Shown here: positions 25,592-40,864 of the stretch, piece after piece
Layout: every line of letters starts with the position of its first letter
How positions within the stretch are numbered: position 1 is the first letter of the stretch
Assembly (NCBI GenBank): GCA_002269645.1
Contig: NIVC01002520.1
Coordinates: 1 to 64,000 of the forward strand
DNA length: 64,000 bases
DNA from: Macrostomum lignano
Lineage: Eukaryota
Direction of reading: 5' to 3'
Program-made: the position numbers and the translations under genes
Notes under the pieces: generated by a model
What the model was told of the DNA's origin: nothing
Seen by the model: the letters and a program-made list of their open reading frames with translations, nothing else
Database searches by the model: none

Positions 25592-27395
25592 GTCTCTGAA
25601 AAATTAACTCTTGCGTGTGTATTTTTGCTGACTCTGTCTTTTTAAAGAACACCGTGAACTTCTACTTTGTTCGAACGATTTATAACTAAAAACTACCAGG
25701 CTCAACTACAGAAATGCCATGGATATTTGCTTAAAATCTTCAAAGATTCTGAAGGTTTCACTGACTTGCAAGTGATCTAAGTGTGTATGTTTTGTTCGAC
25801 TAAGATAACTATTGATCAATTCCTCGAATCTCGATGTTAAAATATCGAAAAATTTACCCATTATTCTATTTTTACCTTACACATATTTTTGAATGCGACA
25901 TTTTGATCTTCCGGGGGCCGAACTGTGATTGATGTACATGTACATTGATGTGCCTTTGTCTAATTCTTACCTTTTCTTCCTATCCACAAGTTAGATTATA
26001 CGTATTACAAGCTCAATGATGTTCAAATCTTCCTCAATTCGAAACCAGCAGCTTGGGAGTTGCACCTTGTGCTACTAAACTAATAATATTCTTACCTGTA
26101 GTTAACTACCCTTACCTTACTATTGTAGTTCCTATTTTTTGACAGTATATTTATTAATTTGTTAAGATTTACTTGAAGGAACAATTAATTTTTAATACAA
26201 CGCGATAGATAATAGTTTAAATAGCCTCTCGCTTGCAAACTTTTCCTTTTGTCAGAATTTATTCCTTTGATAAAATAATTTTTTATACATCAGTAATTGT
26301 GTCCAGTACAATCCTAAGAAGCACTGACGCCTGTCTAACCGGATCGCATATATATTTTTATTGTTTCTTTTAATTTTTAATAGTGAGGTTTGAATTTGTT
26401 TAGAAAATAAAGAATATTACACCGATTTGCATCGAAAATATTCTAATATTAGAAAGCCTCCGTACGCGCTACGTTTTAAAACGGCTTTCTTGAAAAAGAT
26501 GCAAATTTATTGCGCGATAATTTCTTAAAACTTTCCTGAAGCTTTGGGGACGAATATAACCACAAAAGAGATTGATGTTCCTAGAAGACCTTGATAAGGC
26601 GGTTAAAATTAAAAAGCTATTGTAAAAATAAAAATTCATGTTACAACAGCACGTTGTGACGCAAACTCCAAGCGATTAAACAGAGACAATTTCATCTAAA
26701 CAAGAAGGGGTCATAGATGCCCATGCAGTAGAAATTATAGCAAAAACTGCGGCTATCATATTATCATCATTCTAAGATATAATTAGTTGTCCTTGGAGCA
26801 GTAAAGCGCACCGACAACTCATTCTCTGAGACAGGAAATCTTGGATAAATCTTTGTGTTTTACCGGTAAAAACCTCACAGCAAAGGATAAAGTATTTTAC
26901 CCAATGACGCAAGAAGGCAGCAAATGTTTTCATTGTTAAGCTTTTTGTATTTTTTTTGTATACCTTAAATAAAAACATGTACAGTCGATTACAAAAGTTA
27001 ATAAGCCAGTAGGCAGAATCACAGATGCTAAATACACTGGTTGTTTCACTACTCAACCACATTTAGCAAGACTGTACTCTCCTTTCGGTAGTATGAGCGA
27101 AAAAAGCAACAGAGAGTGGCAAGTGCAACTTGATGCCTAAAGTGTTAAGTGAACCTTCCAATGTATTCAGAATCTGTGAGGTAGCCTGTGGAAATGAATT
27201 TGAGCCAAAAATACAGTCGGTCAACATTCTTCTAAACATAAAAATCCACAAAATCCCAACTTTCAAAGCTGTTGTCAAAAAACTGGATTTTAGTCGTGGT
27301 ACACACAACCGAATTCCATCTCAGATCATATTGTAATTATCAATTTATTGATTTTCAGAGGAAAATGATTTTATAGTTAATCACATTCCCATTAT

Positions 27396-31130
<3,735 letters not shown>

Positions 31131-32464
31131 TAACCTATAAGTAGTGTGTCGTCTATGTCTAGCAGGCCTTTTATCTATATATGGCATGTGCGATTAAGCT
31201 GTATAACGTATACACATGCCACTAAATCGAATTAGTGTCTTCCTTTTTTAGTTACGCCAAGCTTTATAGAAACTTGTATCATATTCATAATACCACACAT
31301 TAAAACTAACACTATATTTTAAAAAGTGTTCAAAGTTGAGATTATTTTATCTATGATTTTCCAAATATGTTTTAACGGTATGTTATTCGCAAATTTGAAT
31401 ATATACTTTTCAAAGAAACTATTTTCTAAATGCGACGTTTAGACTAGGGATATAATAGTAGCGCAACCTTGGGAATCACTCAGCCGTTTCTATTGGCAAC
31501 ACACACACATGTAAGTCGCTATGGGACGGAATAGTAGTCACGTGTTGAAGTGTTGTCAATAGAGACGGCCGGGTGAATCCCTAGTGCGCCCAAGCATGGA
31601 TAGTAGGCAAAATGTATACACTCGTATAGACAAACGTATTGACTATTGAACACAATATTTAGTAAAGTTAAACGTATACACTTCAACCTAAAGTTAGCAA
31701 GTGTACGAAAATTCAGTTTGTATTTTGAGAAGAGGAATGATGCTTGGTCTTTACTCTTTCACACACAAAAATTATGATTGAGTTAGCCTATTCGATTTTT
31801 TTCCTTTAGTTTCAACGAACCTTAAATTCTAATATGATTATGATTTAATGATTAAAAAAGAAAAACCTTACATTATATTGATTTTCTTATAGATCTAGAG
31901 TAGCTTGGTATAGACTAGGCTCATAGTCGATTTTTAGTGGCTTTCCAGGATTTCCAAGATTTTCAAAGTAGTAGGAAAGAGGGCCCAGACAGGCAGATTG
32001 GCCCCCTTATACATATGCAAGTCCAGCTATGGCAAAAGATGGGGTGGCCACCTCACTAACCACTGCCCCCCCCCCCTTAGATTGACATTGTCAATTTTAG
32101 AATATAGACCAAATTATAATTAAATTAGCAATAGTAATAGTAAATACTAAAATTATATTCATACTGTGTTGTTATAAACTATAGCAAGTGGTTATAGATA
32201 GCAATTTTTTTAATCTACAATTTATTATCTATCTTACTATCATATATCTAGTATACTTAATATAATAGTCAATAATATATGCTATAAATATTGTACAAGA
32301 ATTAATGATTTTTATTTGTTTACAGAGGTCTAATGTACAAAATATAGTATTATATCAATATTCTTAGGGCTTGATATACAAAACATTATTTGTTTTATAA
32401 TTCCAACTGAAATAATCTGCCTTAATGCTTTATTTGGTTGTAAGTGTGACAAGCATCAAAATAA

Positions 32465-34432
32465 ATGAACTTCAGAAAGCTTAGAAAAACATCATTGGCC
32501 AAAACTACTCCAACAGTTCAATATTTGGTAAGAGTTTTTATATATGTTTAAAAGATTTTGAATGGCATTGATCATGAAAAATCTTTGTGCAATATAAAAG
32601 TGATTGATTTTTTGCTTGCTTTGTAAAATATTTAAAGGTTCACTTTTTTCAGGTTTTAATTTTAAAGGTGTTTAATTTTTTATGCAAAGTTACCCTCATG
32701 CTCCTTGAAATCTAAGCAATTCTCTCCACAAGCTTTGAAGTCTTAGAAATTTTTTTCATAAGCCTTGAAATATTAGCAATTCCCCTATGAACCTTAAGCC
32801 TAAGCATTTCAGCAACTCCCCATGAGCCTTGACATCTCAAGTGATTCTCACCACTAGAATTTGACATGTCAGCAATTCTCCCCCCCCCCCTAAGAGCCAA
32901 AGCATTTCAGAAATTTAGAGTACATTTATCCAAACTTGTGATATGCTGTCATACAATTGTATATTTTTCTACTAATCATAACTAGGTGCAACCAGGGGAC
33001 ACTCTGTGCAGCCTCGCTGTCCGATTCAACACCAGCACTGGCTGCCTGCGCTCACTGAACTGCCGTGTCGGCTCCGAGCTGCCTCTGCTGCCTGGCACGG
33101 TGCTGAATGTGCCAGCTCCAATTGCGGAGCCGCTTCCAGCGCAGGTTTGTCGGATTAGATTGTGAATTAGCTTCAGCCTAACCTATCACTAACTATGGTT
33201 TCTACAAAGACTAATCAAATTCAACAGCACAATTGAAAGTCCCAATCGATGTTTAGCCAGGCTATAAAAGTGGGTAAAAATGCAAACTTTTAAAAGATTT
33301 TCGGTTTCTATTGTATTAAGTGATGTTTCGAAGCTTTTCTATTAAGAAGGTGTTCAATATTCTTTGGCAAGTAAAGGTCCACTGAAAACGGCACAATATC
33401 GCACTGCTAGACATCAATTGAGCTGTGAGAGTCGCACAGCTGATTTACAAAGCGACGAAAAAATTTCAAGTCGTGTGATCACGCGTTTCCGGTATCTTCC
33501 GGTATCAGCAGCAAAAATACTTAAAGAGGACCTTTCAAAGTGAAATTTATCCATCGTCTGTATCTGTCAATCTTCAGAATGGGTCACCCAACGGGCTGCA
33601 GCGTGAAAATAGCCAGCCAGATCATCCAAATGTCCAAAGCGATGAGCAGAACACTTCGCAACAGGCTGCTGAACTTTTTAATCTGCCATTAGCAGAGCTT
33701 CAGTGTCCTCGGCTGCGCCACTCACCCGAGTCACTCACAGAGCAGTACTGGTCGATAATCTCCCAGCCAGACTCCCTGGACGATGGCTGGACATTTCTCG
33801 ATCCAGACGCTGAGCAGCGAATCCAACCAGGCCGATCCAGTCTCCCACTTCCTCGCCTTTTGGTGCCGAAATACGCGCCTTCCGAAGATCCAACGCCCGA
33901 AGCTTGCTTGCCAGACGAGCTTCTCCTGACGTCCAGTCGTCTGCGCAGTCTTGTAGAAGTGCTTCCGCCGCGGGCCGAAGGTCTCGACCTCTGCCTCCTG
34001 TTCAGCACCAGACGACACGGTCACTCATTGCGCTCTCTTTACGAGCTGTCGCACTCAGCCCAGCTGGATCCCGCAACCTGCTGCCTGTTGTTGGCATCAG
34101 TTGCCAATAGCGACACTCTGCTGGACGCATTTCTGCCTTGCCCGCTGCGTCTACCGTCGAACGGTTGCTATGGTACCGGGGAGACAATGCTGTTGCGTTG
34201 GTTTGACAATGATTTCAAAGTCTATCAGGCCACTAACACTGATGGTTTGTTTTTGCGCAGCTCGCGTCACAGCCTGTCGGTTGGCGCAGGAGCGCTGACG
34301 CTGAGAGCAGATCTGCTGTCGGGCTGCTCGGAGTCAAGCGAAACGTTCAACTCGCCTGCACTGATTCACGGCTCAGAGTTCGCGTTGGGCAGCGTGCAGC
34401 TGTGGGCATTTCAAGTTTTTGACAAAGACTAA
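32465..34432 (+). CDS. LysM-TLDc protein (OXR1/NCOA7/mustard family), ~358 aa, 3 exons
   Basis: Exons 32465-32527, 32986-33144 and 33578-34432, all phase 0. LysM: YLVQPGDTLCSLAVRFNTSTGCLRSLN...LLPGTVLNVP. TLDc: LLFSTRRHGHSLRSLY, YGTGETML, SLSVGAG, LRADLLSGCSESSETFNSPAL, F..GSVQLWAF. Confidence 0.85.
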
Positions 34433-34490
34433 TTGCAAATCTGTGTTGTTAGATGTACATGTAGCAACCCTATTTGACCAAGTTTTGTAC

Positions 34491-34792
34491 GTTGTAGCCT
34501 AGTGGTCAAAGCGTCGGACTCACGACTTTATGGTCGGGGGTTCGATTCCCGATCCACTCGGAACAATTTGTGTCCTTGAGCAAGACGCTTAACTCTGCAT
34601 TGCTTCAGTTCACCCAGCTGTAAAATGGGTGCCAGCATTAGCTGGGGTAATTGAGGGTGTGTGTGTGGCGACCCCCCCCCAGTCCTTGGACTGAACAGCC
34701 GTATGCAGCCTTCAGATGCGCCGCGCAATAGCTGCGGCTGAGCTGTCGGTTGCACATCTGCCCATTGTGGCAGGTCTAATCAATTATTAATG
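34491..34792 (+). mobile_element. tRNA-derived CORE-SINE, near full length
   Basis: A box TAGCCTAGTGG, B box GGTTCGATTCC, a CORE-like block TGTCCTTGAGCAAGACGCTTAAC...TCAGTTCACCCAGCTGTAAAATGGG resembling the MIR core, and an AT-rich tail. Confidence 0.85.
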
Positions 34793-35393
34793 TTATTTTT
34801 TGTGCGTACTTTCCGGTTAAGTCCAAGGAAGCCTCTTTATTCGCTTTGCTTAGCTAGCACAGAAACTACGACGCTGACCTGGCTCCAAATTTTATGCAAA
34901 TTTAGGGCACTACAGTCGCTTTTGTTATAAATCAGCAGGGTAAGGAACCTGTATTCAGCACACTAAAATGCACTGGCGATACAAAAAATGTAGGTTCATT
35001 TACCGGCTGATTTGTAAGAAAATCAAGAGTGGCGTCCTTGTACATTAGTTGTCCATTATTTATTTAATCTCGGCTATTTTTTTCTTTAACTACGCAAAAC
35101 GGATTTCCGTTCCATAAACATATTATGTGTATGATTTAGAGTCGCTAAATCTATATTTATCGGCTGACAACACGGTCCACATTCATAGTTGCTTTCGCGA
35201 GAGTCAGCTGCCTGTATTCCATAATATTATTATTGTGTATTTCTATAGCTTATGTGCATATAGTACACGGAAAATCTAGAACGTACTTTGATTTTTAATC
35301 AGCAAAAGTTTCTAATGCAGGCAATTGTCGATATATAGCTACTCAACAACAGTTAAAAGTGCCACCCCGTGCATATCATGCTTAATCAAAGAG

Positions 35394-35694
35394 CAGGGGC
35401 GTCGCCATGGATTTTATGGTGGGGGGGGGACAAAGCCAAGAATTCTACATGTACATGTACATGACTAAATTCCTACATGTACATCATTTTCCGAATCGGT
35501 GTTGTCAGCGATCATTTTGGCGCCGCAGGCACTCATTTTGGCGCCGCAGCCGCAGGCACCATTTTGATGTTGCAGGCGCAATGTTTTGTAGCCCTGAAGC
35601 AAAAAATTATTGATTTCCATAACGGGTCAACAAGGTGGGGTGGGTGGGCAAAGCATTGACTGGGGACATGTCACCCCCGGTGGCGACGCCCCTG
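35394..35694. mobile_element. hAT-like MITE (301 bp)
   Basis: Perfect 14-bp TIR CAGGGGCGTCGCCA; 8-bp flanks TCAAAGAG/TCAGAGAC match 6 of 8. Confidence 0.7.
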
Positions 35695-36112
35695 TCAGAG
35701 ACAAACTTCTCATTCAAAATTCAACCCACTAGTTATGCAGCAACGCCTCAAACTGAAAGGTGGGTGACAGTCAGTCACACTAGACCGCAACAGTTTATAT
35801 CTAATTATTAGCGATGAGTGCGAAACATTGTCTCCTCAATAATTTTTTTAAACATTGATTGAAAAACCTCTATAGTATTTATATTGCTTACTTTTTCTGT
35901 GTTACACTAACTGTCCAGTTGTAATTGTCTCTTATATCATTATTAATATCGATTCGATTCTTTCGATGGAAGATACAAGTTTAATCTTGAAGTGATTTAA
36001 ATGATTGAAAAGTGCTTTCGAATTAGAATTCGTTTTACATCAAGCACCAGATACGTTTCTTTGTGTGGCTTGGTTTGGTGTGGTTCATTTCATTGAATAA
36101 TCAGCTTTGTAC

Positions 36113-36305
36113 CAAGGAGTTCTACAATTAGCAATCTGGAGCGGAAACGAGTTTTACTCCACGAGGCCACGCCAATTGTAAAGAATAAGGAGCCAGCACT
36201 GAATGTCTATGGCTCTGTCTGACTCTGTCTATGCTAGTCTGGCCTCATGAGGTAAAACTGAAAGACTCGTTTCCACTCCAGGTTGCTAATTAATAGAACT
36301 CGTTG
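36113..36305. mobile_element. Foldback/MITE-like inverted repeat
   Basis: About 60-bp imperfect inverted arms (CAAGGAGTTCTA.AATTAGCAA.CTGGAG.GGAAACGAG); no TSD identified. Confidence 0.5.
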
Positions 36306-37307
36306 TCTTTACAGTCTGTTGTTAGGTTGTAAACAAAGGTTGAGGCCATAGACTATACCATAGTTTTGGCTAGTCTATGATTCTGTGGCAGTAGTTGCTG
36401 CTCCGGTGAATGGAGAGTCTATTTGATCGGCTTGAATATCAATTTAGTTGACGGAAAATATATCTACGACAGGACCAGTTTAGAAGCATTTTATTTTACC
36501 AAGATACTTTTTATCACGCGATTAAACAACATACATTATGCAGCCTGAGGTTGTAAGCAGAAAAACGTTTATTCTAATATTTTCAACTTGGAGATTTCAC
36601 ATCTACATGTAAATCAGCTAGCTGTGAATACTTTGAAAGTTTCGCTAAGTGCTCGGTTTTTCACCCGAAGTCCTAATAAGCTAATTTTGACAGCTAGTAT
36701 AAGCTAATCAACTTCACTTTTTAACTCGACGTTGCAATTTACAAAGTTGAGTTGGAATCTGTTTATCAGTATTTTCTTGAATCTTAAAATCTGACGCGTG
36801 AAAATTTGGCTGTTACTTGTATGAATTTTTAGGCGTTCTACATGTAGGCTAGTGCGAGCGTGTAGGAGAAAGTGGTGACTCATATCTTTTAGCTAAAAAT
36901 AGTATATCAAATGACTAAATTAGTCATAAGCGCTTTTTCTGACACTTCTTGCAATAAAGTTGATCTTAACTCACAAAATCGCCAGATCTGATTTCGCGGT
37001 CGTGGCGTTTTTGGTGTGTAAATTTATATTTAAATGTACGTGTTTATGTTTAAGCAACGTAAATATTGTAGTTATCATGAACTTGTTCGAATTGTTATTA
37101 TTACAGTCTATTTAGGGTTTCTAAAATAGAAGTTCCACTATTCACACGTCAATATTGAAGTCTGCGGGATTGCAGCGTATAACATTTTCGAATTCATGCT
37201 ACATGATGCATGTACAACTAACGTAAGTAGCGACTGTAGAAAATTGTGTGAATCTTAAGCCGTTTCATAAGATTTAGCATCTGCGCTATTAGTTTACCAA
37301 ATAAGGT

Positions 37308-38069
37308 CTAGAATGGTGACAGACACTTGCAAAGAACGCCATTAACATCGCTAGAGTCTTCCGTGACATCAAAGATCCCCATTGAATATTGTATAGCGGT
37401 GTAATCCTCGTTGGAGAGAAAGTCGTTCGGCTGTCCGGTGTTCCAGTAGGCTGGGTTGAGGCGAGTTGAGTTGGAGTTGGTATAACTGCAGCTGGCCCAA
37501 TAAAATAACTCTTTACCGGGCTCTGGGCTGCCAGAAACCTGTACGCCAGATACGAAAAAATATGACGACTCTTTGCCAAGCCGATTGACGCAATTGAGCT
37601 CCGATTCGCTAGCTATATCCGCCATGATGACTAAACCGAAGTCCGTGTTGCACTTTTGCTGACCTAATTTCCAACTAGCCGGTGACATATCGTAGATTCG
37701 ATATCGCTGGTCGCATAAAGTGAGTAGAAATTGCGACTCGGGGGTCACATAGTCGGCGGGACACAGCTGGCCGGGCGGGAGACCAGACTGCTGTCTCAGG
37801 AAAACGGTCATCTTCGCGACAGAGCACGAGCACATTCGGACGGCTTTGCTGCACTTGTCGAACACGAACAGTTGACAGTAGACGGGACAATTCGTCGAGT
37901 CCAGCTGCTGCCGGAATGTCCAAGCCTGACAGTTGGGATTCTTGGCGCACGCGAAGGTGCATTCGGCGCTTATCTTCGCGCAAAATTTCTGCACATACTG
38001 ACAATAGCGACTGTTTCTAAGACTGCAAGCTATAGTTTCCGTGAGGAGTGAGGACTCAGAGCCGGACAT
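37308..38069 (-). CDS. PAN/apple-like + C-type lectin domain protein (253 aa, single ORF)
   Basis: PAN-like ECTFACAKNPNCQAWTF; CTL with WKLGQQKC, MADIASESEL, FYW, WNTGQPNDF and terminal VLCK. In-frame TAA sits directly before the ATG. Confidence 0.75.
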   Translation of the reverse strand: MSGSESSLLTETIACSLRNSRYCQYVQKFCAKISAECTFACAKNPNCQAWTFRQQLDSTNCPVYCQLFVFDKCSKAVRMCSCSVAKMTVFLRQQSGLPPGQLCPADYVTPESQFLLTLCDQRYRIYDMSPASWKLGQQKCNTDFGLVIMADIASESELNCVNRLGKESSYFFVSGVQVSGSPEPGKELFYWASCSYTNSNSTRLNPAYWNTGQPNDFLSNEDYTAIQYSMGIFDVTEDSSDVNGVLCKCLSPF

Positions 38070-38143
38070 TTATAACCGCATGTGCCAATCTGCTGTAAAG
38101 CAAACGCCATTTCTTCCAGATTTTTGTCTTTGTATTTGACGAT

Positions 38144-38277
38144 AGTAGTAGGGGAAATGTGGACTCTGCCGCAGGAATTTCCGTGGGAAAACCACGGGCC
38201 TATGTGTGTAAACATAGCGCCTATGTAAATGCATTGGTGGACTCTGCCGCAGGGAAAGCCACGGAATTTCCATGGGG
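38144..38277 (+). repeat. Maverick left TIR
   Basis: Matches the reverse complement of 52908-53041 at 131 of 134 nt. Confidence 0.97.
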
Positions 38278-39138
38278 TGGGGGGTCGGAGAGCGAAATAT
38301 ACGGGCTTTTCATATTACCGATTCCAGAACCAGAATCGGTTCGAAGCTTTTCATATTGTCTGTTCCGTCTTCATAGTCGGTTCCAGAACCGTGATCCGAT
38401 TCTGGAATTCGGTTCGAGAAATTTTCTCGATCCTTTGTCGTATTTCTATAGAAACGAAAGGACGAATTTGAAATAACATTTCAAACATTTCAAAAAGAAT
38501 ACTAGTTTCTAGATTTTAGATAGACATGTTTTTATCCTTTAAGAAGTAGACAAAAATAGAATAGAAAAATTCGACGCTCTTCATTTTCCTACTACTCGAT
38601 CTTCAATGAAAAAAGCCGAATAGAGCTCTATGTAAATGGATTGGTGGACTCTGCCGCAGGGGAAAGCAGCATAAGTTCCTGGGAAGCCCAAAACTGATTC
38701 TCTAAAAATAGTAAAAAACTTCTCTAGTGTACATTAGCCATAGTTAATTGAGAATTGGGTGAACCTGGCTTCCGATCTCCACAATATTTAAACTTTGTTG
38801 GCAGTGGAAATACATAGTCCTATGTTCATGAGTTCCTCCGCACTTTTGTACGAGTCTCGCAAATTTGACTGAATTTGTTGTGAAAGTGAGCTTGCAAAGC
38901 GCCGTTTATTGCCTTGTTATTGTTTTTCTTGATACTGCTGATTTGGCCGCGGGGAAGTGGGGTGCAGGTCTGGGGTGGAGGTCTTTAAAACTAACTGATG
39001 CACGGGACGGGGGGAATGTTATCAGTTTTATTATTATTATTGCTCAATAACGGTAAGAAAATAATTAGTGCATACACATATGTAACGTGTAAACATATCT
39101 GTATGTGTACATATAGGCGATATTGCCTGGTGATTTGA

Positions 39139-39148
39139 ATATAAGGAC
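39139..39148 (+). promoter_or_regulatory. TATA-like ATATAAGGAC upstream of the leftmost Maverick ORF
   Basis: 102 nt before ATG 39250; an identical 10-mer sits at the other end of the element. Confidence 0.4.
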
Positions 39149-39249
39149 TGAAAAATTCTACTGAGCCATTAAAATATATTTTGTTGAGATTTAAACGGAC
39201 TTCGAAATTTCAAATTTTCACAAAAAACCCCTTGATTAAATTTTAAACC

Positions 39250-40250
39250 ATGAGCCATTCTCGGTGCCCATCCTACGTTCATGAGGTGTGTGTCACCTGC
39301 AATATTAGTATGCTCGGTGGACTAAAGCACCATGTAGCGAATGAAGGCTGCAGTGTCACCCGATGGCTACTATGCCATGAATGCCAGTCCGTTGAGCTCT
39401 TCACCGTTAGAGGCCAAATCAAAAGGCATAAAAATCATTCGACTGTTAATTGGAGCTCTGCTGAAGACCGCGAGCAGGCACGCATTACTGCTCTGGAAGT
39501 TGCACGTCAAGAGGAACGCAACAGGGCGGCAGAACGCATTCGAGAGCCGGTGAGCACTTTGAGTCAAGTTATCACGAGCTTATGCGGCCGAGTAACGAAC
39601 ACTGGTGACCAGCCCAACGCCCAGCCTGCTGCTGCTTCTGCTGCTCTACTCGACGGTGATGTCGGAGCTCCCCTGCTTGATGCTGCTGATGGAGGTGGCA
39701 CCCCTGACTTCGAGCTGAATGAGCTGGACACCGCTTTCTTCGAGAACCTCGATGGTGAGCCTGAAGCACAGGAGCAGCAAGAAATGCAACAGCAGCAGCA
39801 GCGGCGTGCAATCCCTGTTCCCGAAAAAATATGGAGCGTGCCAGGATGCTGGCAGAAGTCAGCCTGTCCGACGTGATTCGCGATATGGACTCAGGCCCTG
39901 CGCCTCCACCACCACCACCACCGACTGAGGTTCAGCCTGCGGCCGAAGTCAGCCTGTCTGACCTGATTCGCGATATGGACTCAGGCCCTGCGCCTCCACC
40001 ACCACCACCACGGACTGAGGTTCAGCCTGCGGCCGAAGTCAGCCTGTCTGACCTGATTCGCGATATGGACTCAGGCCCTGCGCCTGCACCACCGCCACCA
40101 CCGACTGAGGTTCAGCCTGCGGCCGCTAATGAAGTGCAGCAGCCAGCACCTCTCTGCATCCAGCTGGTTCTGCCCAACAGTGTTACGGGTGAATATTGGA
40201 TTGACTTGGGAGGGGCTTTCCGTATTCGCCTGAGCAATTCTCAATTCTAA
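39250..40250 (+). CDS. Maverick accessory protein of unknown function (~333 aa): Cys/His-rich N-terminus, coiled coil, 3 x 30-aa repeats
   Basis: ORFs 39250-39876 and 39831-40250 join if one A is added to the A6 run at 39824-39829. Confidence 0.65.
39855..40124 (+). repeat. 3 x 90-bp coding tandem repeat (EVSLSDLIRDMDSGPAPPPPPPPTEVQPAA)
   Basis: Units start at 39855, 39945 and 40035. Confidence 0.95.
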
Positions 40251-40864
40251 ACTAATGATTCTAATGTACCAGTCGTTAAATATTAAATTAGCAAACATTC
40301 TGTGTTGAATTAAATTGCGAGATGATTATCTGTATATTGCAAAAGTGAATAATATTTATTTTTCTTTTCAACATCTCATTGCTATTTTTAAAGTTCATAT
40401 TTATGCAGGCAGTGCGCGTTGATCAAGCTGTGCTTGGGTGTGAATGCAGATTGGGTTTGATTCTGGTTGGGTTTGCAATCTCCTTCTTTAACTTGTGCTT
40501 CTAATAATGTAGCGTATCATTGCTTTTTTAAAATATAAATTTTAAAGCGCAATGAAGCGCTGAATTTTGGAAAAGTTTGCAGCTTTGAGTTATTTTGAAA
40601 TATTTTTAGAATTCGTTTTATAAGACCCTTTTATTAAACCCTTTTATTAGACCCTTTATTAGACCCCGAAATTTGACACGTAACGACAAGACCCGAAGTA
40701 CAACTTTCGAAAATATGTACACTTAATACGAGCGTATATCCACAAATTAGGGATTTAAATTTACTTTTGCAAGAAAAAATAATTTCACAAATATGTATTT
40801 CAGCAAATTTCCTCATCTAATTCTCATCGAAAATGCTCTAAGCCGTGTCATCAACCGAACCGAG

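Noticed and set aside
26770-27340. Short ORFs on both strands
   Set aside because: Multiple stops and no identifiable domain.
34491-34560. tRNA gene
   Set aside because: A and B boxes continue into a CORE domain and tail; it is a SINE head. The same applies to the other copies.
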